NCBI RefSeq assembly: GCF_009914755.1
Contig: NC_060933.1
Source: the human T2T-CHM13v2.0 reference genome, Homo sapiens
DNA length: 64,000 nucleotides
Strand: one strand, 5' to 3'
Shown here: positions 13,561-27,305 of the stretch, piece after piece
Layout: every line of letters begins with the position of its first letter
Numbering within the stretch: position 1 is the first letter of the stretch
The notes under the pieces: generated by a model
Database searches by the model: none
What the model was told of the DNA's origin: nothing
What the model saw: only the letters and a program-made list of their open reading frames with translations
Program-made: the position numbers and the translations under genes

Positions 13561-15217
13561 CAGTTGTCTTTTTTTAAAATAGGATAATAACCCCAACCTC
13601 ACATGGTTAAAAGATACATATGAGGCCCTTACTATGGTGACTGGAGCATAGGATGAATGAGGGCTTTGAACAAATGAACAATGATCACACACGCAGCAAA
13701 GGAAGTCTCATTCGCTCACAGAACCCCTTGGGAATAGACCTATTTTCTCCCTTTTATCCTATCTCACTCAATTTACCCCCATGTATCTTCATATAAATTT
13801 CTTCCCCTTTCTATTCCATTGTCAAGGTAATAAAGAATAAGAAGGCATACTTGTAAATTGAACTTAGATTTACTTATTTTGAAATACAAAAATTGGCAGG
13901 ACAATCCTATATTCCTGCTTTCTTTCTTACCTCAAACCAAAATCAGCCTTCATCTACAGAGCCAAATTTATATATGCCCCATAAACATATCTGTGTGCAC
14001 CTGGTTTGCATAAGGAGGCAATGAAATAAAAATGTTTAAATACTGGGACTCAGTAGCTAACCACCAGGTTCAAGCCTTTGCTTTGCCATAAACACTGTGT
14101 AAGCTTCAGAGGCATGTGACCTGCATAGGTCTCAGTTTTCCCATCTGCAACAATAAGGGATTTGGACTCGATTCTCTTATGTCTGGCTGTATTATGGGAT
14201 ATATGATATGAGAAAAGGGTTGAGACAGAAGGATCTAAAGGATCTTTTTAGTTGGAGTCAATTCGCCATTGGGGAGTCAAAGCTGGCAGGCTCCCAGACA
14301 TCAGAAACCAATTTTTAATCTGATTTATTTGTATGTCAGTTCTCCTCCTTACTGCTCTACCCACTAACCATGTATAATTCCCTACAAATTCACTCTCAGT
14401 CATCCTTCCAAAGAAAAGAAAGTTTTAAATAATCTGAAAAAAAGTCGCTGATTATCTGAACTAATTCATCCGTGGGCATCAGGTTTCTTTGCAACATACT
14501 CCAAGAATTGGGACTCTAAGGGGTAGTCATCTGTCTGCCATGGAGCCAATCTTACATGTGGCTAATGAATACATGTATGTGCATTTGGTTTCCATAAGGA
14601 AGTAGCAAAATAAATATTATTCCCACGGCATCCTAAAAGTCATTTATGGAAACTTCCAGAAACCACTGGAGTAGGCAGGGTTAGGCCCCAGTCACCAATC
14701 AGTAGGTCCAGGCCAAGAGTACCACTTACTCTTCAGAGCAGTATCAGTCCACAGACTGCCGCCCTGCCCAGTCATCCTTCCAGCAGGTCATGGCGGCAGG
14801 AGAGCCTTGCCAGAGTGGTGAGCAGCCTCATGGCCTTCCAGGGCTTCTGCTGCCCTCCCCGCTGTATGGCTCATCCTTCCTGCTGTATGGGACAGGCTGG
14901 AACCTGAACGCCAGCCTTAGGACTCAAGGCCCCACCCCCTCTAGTCACTGTTTCCAAGACTGCAGCTGCCTCCCTGCTGAGAGGCCAAGGCTAAAACTCC
15001 ATGACCCTCTCTCCTCTCGGGCCTCCCTGCAGCCCCTGCCTGCTCCCATCAGCCTCCCACACTGCTCAGCGGTGAGCTCTGAATTACGTAAATGACCTGG
15101 TCACCCTGTTTAAAAATTCCTACGGGTCACTTGAAATTCAGTCTACAGCACCATGGCATTCAAAGACTCAGCCAGAGCTTCCCAGCATCATTTCTATGCC
15201 ATAGATGCCTTCCCTGC

Positions 15218-15475
15218 CACACACACACACACAAACACACACACATATGCATACAACACACACAGTTATAAACATACACTCATACCGCATAAACACACGC
15301 AACACACAAACACAAAACCCACACATTAACATACTAAGTCACAAACTCATACACAATCACACACCCACTCATAAATACATATGACACAAACACGCAGTCA
15401 CAAACTCATACACAAACATATATTCTTACACATATGCACAAAACACACAATCACAACACACACATAAACACAGAT
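15218..15475. repeat. CA-rich low-complexity tract
   Basis: Degenerate (CA)n. Confidence 0.9.
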
Positions 15476-15479
15476 GTGA

Positions 15480-15770
15480 AAGAGACATTTGGCAAATGAA
15501 CTTGAACCTGAACTTGAACCCAAGAAGAGGGGTTCCAGCCATCTCACCAGCATATAGAGCCTTTGAATTAACACACAAGTTGGGAAGAAACCAAGAACTA
15601 ACAATATCCCTTGAGCCTCTGGATCAAGCCACACCTGAAGCTAGACTTACCCCATGGGCATTTCATTATGTAAGCCAATAAACTCCCTTCTTTATTGTGG
15701 TTCTTTTATTGAGGTTTAGCCAAGCTGGGTTTTCATCACTTGCCAACTAAAGATCCAGACTGAATAGACA
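15480..15770 (+). mobile_element. Old MLT1 (J/K-like) LTR, 3' part
   Basis: ttgagcctctggatcaagccacacctgaagc...gtaagccaataaactccc...gggttttcatcacttgc. Confidence 0.7.
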
Positions 15771-15864
15771 CCCAGGAATCAAGCACCTGACATTCGGAAA
15801 CAACCTCAATTAGTCATACTCTGCCTCCAGGGCTCAGTTGAGTTTCTTTAAAAACTAAGGCTCG

Positions 15865-16652
<788 letters not shown>

Positions 16653-18021
16653 TTAGTAAGCCAATCAGGTGAACCACATACATCTTCATCTGATGATTGC
16701 TGAAGGTTTTACAATAGAGATGCAGAAGCTTCAAACGCAGAGCTGAAACTGTAAATCCCACGAGACCTACCTAGAAAGCTTATTTTAAAAATTGGCAGTC
16801 TCCAGTTTTGACCCACCTGCAAGATGTTCATATTTCTGTATATCGGATTCTGATTTGATCAGAATTTTATCCTACTGTCTTCTGTCTTCTTCCAGAATCT
16901 CCTGGGGGCTGGGAGTGGGGCAGGGTGGAAAGAGAGTGAGACTCAGAACCATTCAAGGCAACCTCAGACAGAGACTCTATTAGTTTCTGCACTCCCCATC
17001 ACCAAGCGCATAGTAGGAGCTCAATATGTGCAGGGCCGAACGGAAGCCAGGGCATTTGTGTCTCATTTGGGAAATAGGCATGGCCCAATGCCGAGCACCT
17101 CCAAGAGGAGCAGCTGGCTAAACACAGCACCAGTGAGTCAAATTTGCGTTTGCAGGGGGAAACAAACAATTAAAGCAGATCAAAGGCTTGATGTGATAAT
17201 TAGAAACACGCTCATCGCTGTTCAGAAGCTGCCGAGGCTCTCCACGCTCCAAGATGGAGAAAAAGCAGCAGGCACCGTTTTAAATCCATCCTCACCCTCT
17301 ACCAGCATCCCTTGGATTTGCTTTTATTTTTCTGCTGAGGGGGGTTGACGTTTCTGCTTGCCATATTTGCAACCAAAGGATCGGTCCTCTTTTTTTCTCA
17401 GTCTGTTGGCCTCCCTACATCCATTAAGACAACTCAAAGTCCATGTCCTCTGGGAAACTTCTCCTGGTCCCCCACAGCGATGCTCACAGTTAGTTGTTGG
17501 AGCACATTCTGCATTCTGCTTTGTTCTCATAGCTGGGGGTGAGCCTGCCTGCCTCCCAGCCAGACTGTCAGCTCCATGAGGGCAAAATGCAACTCGGCAC
17601 ATGCTCCTTTGCCTGTGTGCTGTGTGTTCCCCTCTTCATGGGGCCCTCAGCATGTCCTGCATTGCTGTCTTACACCTCCAGCCCCCACTAGCCCCTTGAT
17701 TCACAGAGGAAAGAGAAACATTTGGTTCTAATATTCCCTCCACCTCTAAATTGTTTACCTGTGCCAGCTCTCGCCTCCTGTTTTGAGTGTGAAAACCCAA
17801 TAAGGGAGGTAGATGGAGGTGTGGATTCCAGATTGGCCAGTTTGTGTTTTAAAAGCACACTCCCTGGAGGAGGCAACAAGGGAGGCAGGAGGCCCAGGCA
17901 GGGTGACTCAGGCATATTAGTGGGTTGTCCAGAACAAGGTGTGTACCACATAGGAATGCAGGGCAGATGTGAAAGCATCTAGTTTACAGAAAGGGGAAGT
18001 ATGGTTAATACAGTAGATGCT

Positions 18022-18325
18022 GGCCAGGTGCAGTGGCTCACGCCTGTAATCCTAGCACTTTGGGAGGCCAAGGCGGGCAGATCACCTGAAGTCAGGAGTT
18101 CGAGACCAGCCTGGCCAACATGGTAAAACCATGTCTGTGCTAAAAATACAAAAATTAGCCGGGTGTGGTGGTGCACGCCTGTAGTACCGGCTACTCAGGA
18201 AGCTGAGGCAGAAGAATCACTCGAACCTGGGAGGCGGAGGTTGCAGTGAGCCGAGGTCATGCCGCTGCACTCCAGCCTGGGGGACAGAGCGAGACTCCGT
18301 CTCAAAAAAAAGAAAAAAGAAAAAA
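18022..18325 (+). mobile_element. AluS
   Basis: Full Alu; degenerate TSD atacagtagatgct / atacaataggtgct. Confidence 0.95.
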
Positions 18326-18345
18326 TATACAATAGGTGCTTACAG

Positions 18346-18469
18346 TAGCATGTGAGCTGTCTGTCCGTCCATCCATCCATCTGTCTATCCATCCATTCAA
18401 ATGAAGTAGAAAGAATGACCAAATGGATGGATGGATGGATGGATGGATGGACAGACAGCTCATATGCTA
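18346..18469. repeat. Inverted repeat with (ATCC)n/(GGAT)n inner arms and unique outer arms
   Basis: 18346-18397 is the near reverse complement of 18422-18469; the loop is ~24 nt. Confidence 0.9.
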
Positions 18470-20738
18470 GTAGTTTCAGGTCATCTAGGGAAGTGACTGA
18501 AGCACTTCAATTTTCCATGCTTTAGTTTTTCACATATTCCAAATATGAGAGAATTGGGATTTGTCCATAAGACAATTCTCAGGCAAACTTGAGAAATAAC
18601 AAGAGTTTTCTCCCATAGTCTGGCTGTGGTAGAGGTATTTTACAGGTGCCATTTATTCACAAAGTTTTCTTCTAATTGGTGTTAAACACAAAACTCATAT
18701 TATAGTTCTAAGGGGGAGGATGGAATTTGCATTGACCATCCCAGCAAATGCAATAAAAAAGGCAATATTCTGGTTTTGAAGAGTTCATTTGTGCTGATGG
18801 AGTCCCAGATCTGGAGCAAGATGTCCAAGGTCAGAAAAAAATAGAGGATTTGAGGAAACCAAGCCTTAGAGTGGGTGGCTTCAGAAATAGCTAAATTGAG
18901 ACTGGTACCCCAAGACTCTGATGCCTGACACCTACCTCACCTCTCTCTTTCTCCCTCTCTCTTCCCTCTGCTACAAATACGGAATTTTAGCCAGTGATTA
19001 ACAAATGACTGATGATTTCAAACCGAAGGCAAAGACATTTCAAAAGGAAGCCACACTTTGGAAAAGAGCAAAAATCAAACAAACGCATCCCCTGTCTCTC
19101 TGTGGGGCATTCCCTACCTTTCTCTGAGTTATATGTGATTACAAGGGGATTTTAACTCTTTTAGGTTTGGCATCACCAATCTCATTAAAAAACACCCTGC
19201 TAGTTTACATAATCTAAATTAATAAAAATCCAAAAATACATTAAAAAAAAAATTGCATTCTAAAATGGAAGACAGTAAACCACTGCCACAATGGAAATCT
19301 CATTTTCAATAATATTTTGTCTACCGTTGGAGCAGTGTTGGAAGACATTTGAGGAGCTCAGAAGGTGAATGTACAGCCGAGTTCCACCTTTCCCAAAAGG
19401 AAGGCCACAGGGGGCTCATGTAGCTTGGCCTTCAGCTGGAAGCTAACAAAAAATGGGAAAATAAAACACATGACTGCAGTCAGAACAAGAGAGACAATAC
19501 TGGGTTAAGCAGGCCAGGAAGTTTGCCTATTTCGTAGGGCCCAGTTCATTAAGCGTCCTATTGAAAACCATGGTGGTTCCAAGTTCTAAATGAAGTGAAC
19601 TCTCCTGGCAACGAATGATTTGGGTAACTTCAGACTAAACTGCCATTGTTTTTTCCACAAGGCATCAGAAACAAGACTAAGCCCTGGAAACATCGGCGAC
19701 AGGGCGCAGGGAGTAGATCAGCGTGCCAGGCCCTGGTCACGGGAAATTCATAACAATCCTGGACTCAGGAGATGGCTTCATCGGGAGGCTGTGGGACTTA
19801 TACACCATCACCACACTCTCTCCAGCCCCCAACACCCAAATTGCATCTCCTGAAATGCTGTTAGCTCACTACTCACTTTCCTTGTGCTGGACAAATTGTG
19901 GCAACGACAACGTGCTGGAAATCACCAATCCCGTCTTCTTTCTGCCCTGCTACTGCTTGTGTACCAGGGGCCCCTTAGTAGCCTTTCGCTGGATAAGTTT
20001 GCCAACTTGCAGAAAAATTTCCCATTAAAAAAATTCTACCCCCTCCCTGACTCCCACCTCTCTGCTTTCTGTAGGATCCTACATACAGCAAAGGCTGGGC
20101 TGAGCCAGGATGACAAGCTTCTCAGTCCCAGGAGAGGCCATCTAACTCTCACCCTCCCGCCATGCCGCTCCTCTCCTCTGACCCTAGGAAACAGTGGGCA
20201 TCAGAGGGAGGGCTAGGGTCTTCACTCTCCCTCTCTTCTGGGATGCATGCCTTGTCCCTGGGTCCCATGATACAAATGCTCGTGGCAAAAGTCTCTCCTC
20301 ATCCATCTTTCCCCACATGGTCAGTCCCTGAAGCAATATGGCCTCTGCATTGGCCCAGTTTTGCCATTAAACTGATCCTCTAGTCCCCAAATCCCAATCC
20401 CCACCTCCACTAAGGCCTGGGATCTATGACCTTCCCACCAGAAAACTTTTTCTTTATTGGTTTCCTTGAAGAATTTTGATTTCAATCCCCAGCACTTGTT
20501 AAAAATATAGTCCCAGATGGTTCTGTTGCATAAACCAAGATGGAGACCCCTGAATAGAATCTCCACATCTTCTGTAGTAGCTGTTCTGCGGAAATACTAC
20601 TCTACATATACTGGGTCAGTCTGACTATGCACTAGACATTAGATGACATTATACAATTGTTGATAAATTCTCTTAGGTGCAATCAAAGTGTTGTGAGAGT
20701 TCTGAAAATTTAAATGCATAGAAAGAATAGCTAAATTA

Positions 20739-21092
<354 letters not shown>

Positions 21093-22650
21093 TTATTGTA
21101 CTACTATTTCAACTTTCTTCAACGTTTAATCATTGTCATAATGGAAAGCTGAAATAAGAAAGCAGACAACCAATAAAATATTTCATATAGCTACAATTCA
21201 TGTTAATAAGAAAAATTAAAAACTTTATTATATAAAGGTTTACCATGTCAAGGTATGCTAATCATTCAGAAATCTAAGAGAAAATCACTCCAGAAAGTGA
21301 CAAAGATTTGTGCCCTGCGTTGATAATGCAGGTGTGAAGCTGGGATCAGCCTCATAAGCGACGGGGGTGGGTGTCATTCACGCAGACTTTGGGGAGGGCA
21401 GTTCAGGAATGTTGATCAAATGCATTTCTCCAGCAATTCCACCGCTAGAAGTTTACCCAAAACAATTAGGAAAACAAAGGGAGTGAGATGCATAAGGATA
21501 TTCAACATAGTATAGTTTTTAAAAGAAAAAAACAACCCGTAACCAACCATCTCTCAATAGGGGGCTGATATAGCTACACGGTGGAATAACATTCAGCCAT
21601 AAAAATTAAGGTATAGATCTCTATATGTGTACTTGGAGAGAAGCCTATGGTTGCAAAAGGCAGGTCAGTTATAGACAGGCAGATGGATAAAAATCAAGAA
21701 GAAATTATAGTCCTCGTGGAGTTCTTTTTTGTTTGGTGTGTTGTTTAGTCTTTAGTCTTTTTATTCCTGGAAAAAATGTAAATGACCATTTATTACTTTT
21801 GTAATTAGAAAAAAAAAAACTCTAGCCATTTCCATTTGGGAATTCAAAGGACACAACCCCTTCCACCCAGAGTGAATCAATGTGGCACAGCATGTGTCAT
21901 GTGGCCCCGCCTGTCCCCAGGGAGAGGACAGACAGCTTTGACAGAGTCCCCTTCCTGCTTTGCCATGGCTGATGGAACACATCCACCAGGACGCCTTCCA
22001 GGGGCTGATGAGTTAACCACGTGTGCAGTCCGCGGCTTCTCAGAAAGAAGAGTACACACTGTTATGATCTTTCTCTCCAGGCATGCCAGCCTGCATTTCA
22101 TAGTTTGATTGAAATTGTGCCATCCAGTCTGTCTCTTCACAAACAAATGGAATATTCTGAGCTGCCAGCATTTGGAGGCGCACAGCTTGCATCTTTTTAT
22201 GAAGAAAAATAAACACTGTGTATCGTAACAACCAAGTCATGATGGATAAAACATGCCTGCGATCGAGAACCACTTGCACGGCCCACGCCACAGACTCGAG
22301 GCAGGTGGGGAACGGCTGGACAGTGATGGAGAACAGGCTGCGGGCGGCTGGCCGAGAGAGATGAGTGGGAGCCGCGTGTGGACGTGCCATCAAGGAGAAC
22401 TCTCTTTTCTGGTTGCATCCCCGCCATTCCTGAAGAACACAGGCACGTGTTGTTTACTCCATTGGTGACAATTAGTGGTGGCGTCCGGTTCCCTTTGTGC
22501 TTCCAGTCATTACTCAAATGCTTCAAACTTGTCCCATCTCCTGGACATCCTTAGGTTGTTTTGTGGACTAGAAAGAATTTCAAACCACTCACATGTGATT
22601 TGCCAACTCATTCCTTTGGACAACTGCTTTTCATAGCCCCAAAGTCCTGG

Positions 22651-22760
22651 AGCAGTGGTGCTCAGGGTGTGGTCCCTGGGAGCATCAGCATCAGCATCAG
22701 CATCCGTCAGGGAACTTGGGAAAAATGAAAATGCTTAGGCCCAGCCCCAGAGCTGCTAAA
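22651..22760. mobile_element. MER5A-like fragment containing (AGCATC)4
   Basis: gcagtggtgctcagggtgtggtccctggg..agcatcagcatc...ggaacttg..aaaatg. Confidence 0.7.
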
Positions 22761-22963
22761 GGGGGATGGGCAAAGGACAAAGGGCAAAGAGCTCACGTCA
22801 AGTGAATTTACACCCATTTACACACTTTCTAGAAGTTTCATCCAGTGAGGTCTACTTAGGTCTCTTTGGCCGGAACGGTGTCATATGGCCGCTACTCACT
22901 GCAAGGAAGACTAGGGAACAGAGCTTTTGAGTTGGGCCCGTTAGCATCCCACCAGCCCTCTGG

Positions 22964-23041
22964 ACACACACACACACGCACAGACGCACACTCACGTGCG
23001 CACACACACATGCACACGCGCGCGCGCGCACACACACACAC
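22964..23041. repeat. (CA)n/(CG)n alternating purine-pyrimidine microsatellite, Z-DNA prone
   Basis: Perfect YR alternation over 22993-23041, including (CG)6 at 23017-23028. Confidence 0.9.
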
Positions 23042-23109
23042 CCCCATTAACCATGGTTCTGTCAGCAAGAAAGGAAGGCAGGCTGTTGAGTAGGGAAGTG
23101 GGAGTGCCT

Positions 23110-23560
23110 GCCGGCGTTCTCGTCTGTCCCTACTTCATCCTTCCTCTCTCACTGTCTTACAGCAAAGGACTACAGCAAAGGCGCGTTCAGCGCCTGCGCG
23201 GCCAGGCCCGAGGTGCTGGGTTGCGGCTTCCCGCGGGTAAACCCTGTCGGTACCCGATCCCCGTCCGCGGAAGGCCAGGAGAACGCGGTTCCCCTTCTCG
23301 CGTCCTCTCCCTTCCCGCATCTGTGGATAACTCTTCCCGCATCGGCCTCTCTCTGCTGACATTAGAAAGACGTCCCTACGCCGCGGCGAGCTTCCTTTGC
23401 CCCTAAAAGCACTCCCTTTCTGTGTGCAGGAAACCGCCCCCGACTCCGCGCGATCGCCCTGTGCGCGCAGGAGTGACAGGCGCCCCAGCTCGCGCTCTCC
23501 AGCCCGCCAGGGCCCGGCTTTGGCAGACCCGAGGCTCCTCACCCGCCCTGAGGGACGGGT
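23110..23560. promoter_or_regulatory. CpG island with no coding gene attached in this window; promoter/enhancer-like
   Basis: About 45 CpGs counted in ~450 bp of GC-rich unique sequence. NRF1-like GCGCCTGCGC at 23190-23199; three CTTCCCGC (E2F-like) at 23227, 23311 and 23333. Confidence 0.8.
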
Positions 23561-23632
23561 TGTACTTACTGAGAACTGATGCTTAGTAAGCTTAAAAGCC
23601 CCAGAAAGGAAGTCTGTACAAATCCTTAATGA

Positions 23633-24130
23633 TCCAGTCAATTGTCGCTGCATAACAAACCACCCCAGAACCGGTAACTTGAAACAATCACTTATTCTCT
23701 CATATATGGTTCAGGGGTTTTCTGGCTTTAGCTGGAGGTTCTCACGGGGTCTCCCACGAGGTTGCGGTGGTCAGATGGGGTGCATCGTCTGAAGGCTCGG
23801 GTGCCTCGACGTGCCAGATGGCTCCCTCCCAGGGCAGGTGTGGGTGCTGCCTGGCAGCTGAAATTTCCAGGGCTGGAGACTGAAGTGTCCGTTTGCACAT
23901 GGCTTCTCCACGTGGCTTGGGGTTTTCACAGCATGGTGGCTGGGTCATGAGAGAGAAGGTACCAAGAGGCCCACACTGAAGCTGGAGGGCTGCTTATGAG
24001 CTTGCCTCAGCAAAAGTCCCAGCCACATTGTATGGGTTAAGCAAGTTACTTAGGCTAGCCCAGTTTCAGGAGGAGTGGAATTAGATGCCACTCGTCAATG
24101 GGAATTTGTGGCTATCTTCGATCTACCACA
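23633..24130 (-). mobile_element. MLT1 LTR
   Basis: gctgcataacaaaccaccccagaa...acatggcttctccacgtggcttggggttttcacagcatggtggctggg...atctaccaca. Confidence 0.8.
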
Positions 24131-24999
24131 CTTTGTTTCATAAATAAGGAAACTGAGACCCAGGAAGGTCTTATCCATAGTCATTCACGCTGTTAATGGC
24201 AGATTCTGGACTGATACCTACACCCCACCCACCCCTACCCCAGCCCCACAATCTTCATCATTGTTGATAAAGGTGTAAAGTAGTTTTTTGCTGATAAACA
24301 CAAAGATTATTATAATTAGAAGGGGAAAAGCCCTCCTTTAGGTCGAAATTCCAGGCTGTGTTTTAGGGACTACTCATCGAATATAGAATTTTTCACAAAA
24401 CTTCATAAGATCCCTCCCTATTTCAAATATGATAGGGATATGTGGCTATCTGTATAGATACAAAATTCATTCATAACAAATAAAAGCAGCCATAACCTCC
24501 CGTGGCCACTCAACTCAAAACTAGACCCTGGGGAAATTCTCAAATTATCTGTGACAAGTATTTGCCGAGCCTCTGTATTTTGAGTATTTTATCAAATACA
24601 CCATAAAGAAGGTCTCCCCCTGTGGAAGTCTGTACTTTAAGGCCAGAAACAGAATAGAATGGGTAGTGCTGTCTTAGAAAGCCAACTACCCCAAAAGATG
24701 CCCTCACCACATCCTTCCCAGATACTCCACTATCAACCCAAAACAATAGAATTTCTGCCAGAGTGTCTTCCTCATCATCTGTGTGGCAGAGACTTTAAGA
24801 TATCCAAAAATCTATCCTCCAATTTTTCCCACAAGTTTCATCTGGCCATATGGCTGTTTGCATGAGAACTCTAATTCCCAGCTGCTCATGCACCACATTC
24901 GGACCAATAGAAGATGTACTGAGGTAGGTGTGTGCAATGTCTGGAACCAGGACCTCAAAGGGAAGGAGTGCAGCCTCCACCTCTCTTCTGCCTTTTCTG

Positions 25000-25402
25000 C
25001 TGGCTGAAATGCCGATGTTCCAGTCAGAGGTAGAACAGTCCTCTGACCCACAAGATGGAAGCCTGCTGTAAATGAGTGTGACAGTCACTGGTGCTGCTTG
25101 CCATATTCAGTTCTCATTGCTCTGTGGGAACACCTGTAGGAAGGTTTCTGGCCACTGAGTTGCATGTATCACTTCCAGGCTGAACATTCTATTGCTGATG
25201 TAAGGCGTTTGCTGTGGCTGCCAAAAACATTACAGATAGTGGCAGTTCCTTCAGCATGACTCTCGGAAAAGGACAATGCCTCTTTGTTGATCTGCAATAG
25301 ACAGCTAGCACAAGGGAGAAATAAAACCTTGTTGTTTTCAGCCACTTAGATGTTTAGGATTGTTTGTTTCTGCAGCATAGCCTAGGTTTTCCTGACTAAC
25401 AC
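25000..25402 (+). mobile_element. Old ERVL-type LTR (LTR16/33-like), 3' part
   Basis: gagaaataaaaccttgttgttttcagccact...gtttgtttctgcagcatagcctagg..tcctgactaacaca. Confidence 0.6.
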
Positions 25403-26939
25403 ACCAGGTAACAAGGTAGAAGGGTCTTGGGTCCCTAAAATCATAGCACCACGATCGCTTCTGCACTGGTGGTTCTTTAGCGACCAAACGATCTCCTTGC
25501 CAATATAATCATCTTTAAGGGACCAAATTTGGAAGTTGTTTTGGCTCCTGGTGATTAAAAGGGCACCAGAAACCTGAACTTTGAGTGCTGAGCATAGTTG
25601 AACGTGCAAGTTTGAAGAAATAGAGTTTAATCTCACAAAGGAAACTCTGAAAGCCAGTGTCAAACCCACACTCCACCCAGCATGGTAAGGGAGCTGGGGT
25701 CTTTATTCATCAAATCCTGAGAGTCATTGGTTGAGTGTGGCTCCTAATTTTTTAGCATTTCCAGCCTGATGTGTTGGCAGCAAATAAAGTCAGTTTGGAA
25801 GACAGAGAAAGCCTTCAGGTGAAGCAATGTAAGTGCTGGCAGTGTTGAAAGTTGGCCTGTGTGCATTGAGGAGGTAAGAGCAAGAAGATATGGACAAGGC
25901 ACCACCAGCAGGTGCCATGTTCTTCTAGTTTCTCCACCCTATCCTTAGCAGGAGCCTCTGTGTGCAGGTGCTGACAGGAAGAGCATCTACAATCCAGCAA
26001 GCACAGCCACATCTGAGTAAAACCCCAGCACAGCCCAGACCCTGCTCCCCGTCTCTAGCCTTCTTGTTTATCCCTTACATATTCTGCAGTAACCAGACTG
26101 AACATCTGTAGCTCATCCAATATTTGTGTCTGTCACTCTCTAGCCTTTTGCATATTCTGTTCCTACCGTTCAGAAGTCCCTTCTCTGGCTACAGAGGCTG
26201 AAATTCAGACATAACTTCCCCAAGAAAGACTTCCCTAGCCACTCAAGTCCAAGTGAGATGCCCATCCTCTGAGCTCCCTTTGCCCAGGTCTCCCAGTGTC
26301 CACCCCAGCTTATTTGTCCCCTTGCCCCAAACCAATAACCCCAGACAAAATCCTGACTAGCAGATGAAGCAAGTAGGTCTAAATACTAACACTGCAGTAG
26401 GCAAGAATCTCATTCTTGCAAGAGGTGGACACTCCTCCCATGCCCACACAGCACCTTCTGTGAAATAACTGTCCCCAAGCACCTTGCTTACTGGATTGGC
26501 CATTTTTGAGACTCTTTCTTTCAAAAAAAAGAGGTCCCAGGGTGGTAGTTGCTACATGAATCCTGAGCAGAAGACAGCAGCAAGCTGGTCAATCTACAGA
26601 TTTTGTATAATGATAGAGAAATTACCATCCACCCCTTCACACCTACCCCAACCCAAAGCTGACCCAATGCTCCCTCTGACTGGAACAGGAAGCTGTGGCT
26701 TCCTGCACCATGTTCTAGAAACAGTGTCTCTTCTCTCCCACTCAGTGCCTCCTCCCTTTCTTCTGTCCTGGGAACTTCCTGGGAAAGCATCATTTTTCCC
26801 CTAAAATGATAATCAACTGTCTCCAGCCTCCTTATCATAAACAAATAAGAAACACAGATAAAGGAGCAAACATGAAATAAGATGTTAAAGAATACAATTC
26901 TCACCAAGAGCCCAATGGACTCCCTAGAGCTTCCTAGGT

Positions 26940-27305
26940 TGCAGTGGTTTGAATGATGGCATCCACTCCAAAATTCCAATTGAAACTTAATCTCCAGTTT
27001 AATGGTATATTAAATTATGAGGGCTCTGCCCTCATGAATGGAATTAGCACCCTTATAAAACAGCTTGAGGGAGCCCTCTCTTGCCCTTCTGTCCCTTCTG
27101 CTGTGTGAAGACACAGCGTTTGTTGCTTCCAGAGGATGCAGCGATGGGATGCCATCTTCGATGCAGAGCATAGCCCTCACCAGAAACCCAACATGCTGAA
27201 CTTGATTTTGGACTTCCCAGCCTCCAGAACCATGAGAAATAAATTTCTATTGTTTATAAATTACCCATTCTGTGGTATTTTGTTATAGCAGCACAAACAA
27301 AGATA
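26940..27305 (+). mobile_element. MSTD/MLT1A-like MaLR LTR
   Basis: gagggctctgccctcatgaatgg...ggacttcccagcctccagaaccatgagaaataaatttctattgtttataaattaccca. Confidence 0.85.

Noticed and set aside
22996-23653. 136-aa and 172-aa ORFs over the CpG island
   Set aside because: Stop-codon scarcity in GC-rich DNA; Arg/Gly/Pro-biased, no recognisable domain, non-ATG starts.
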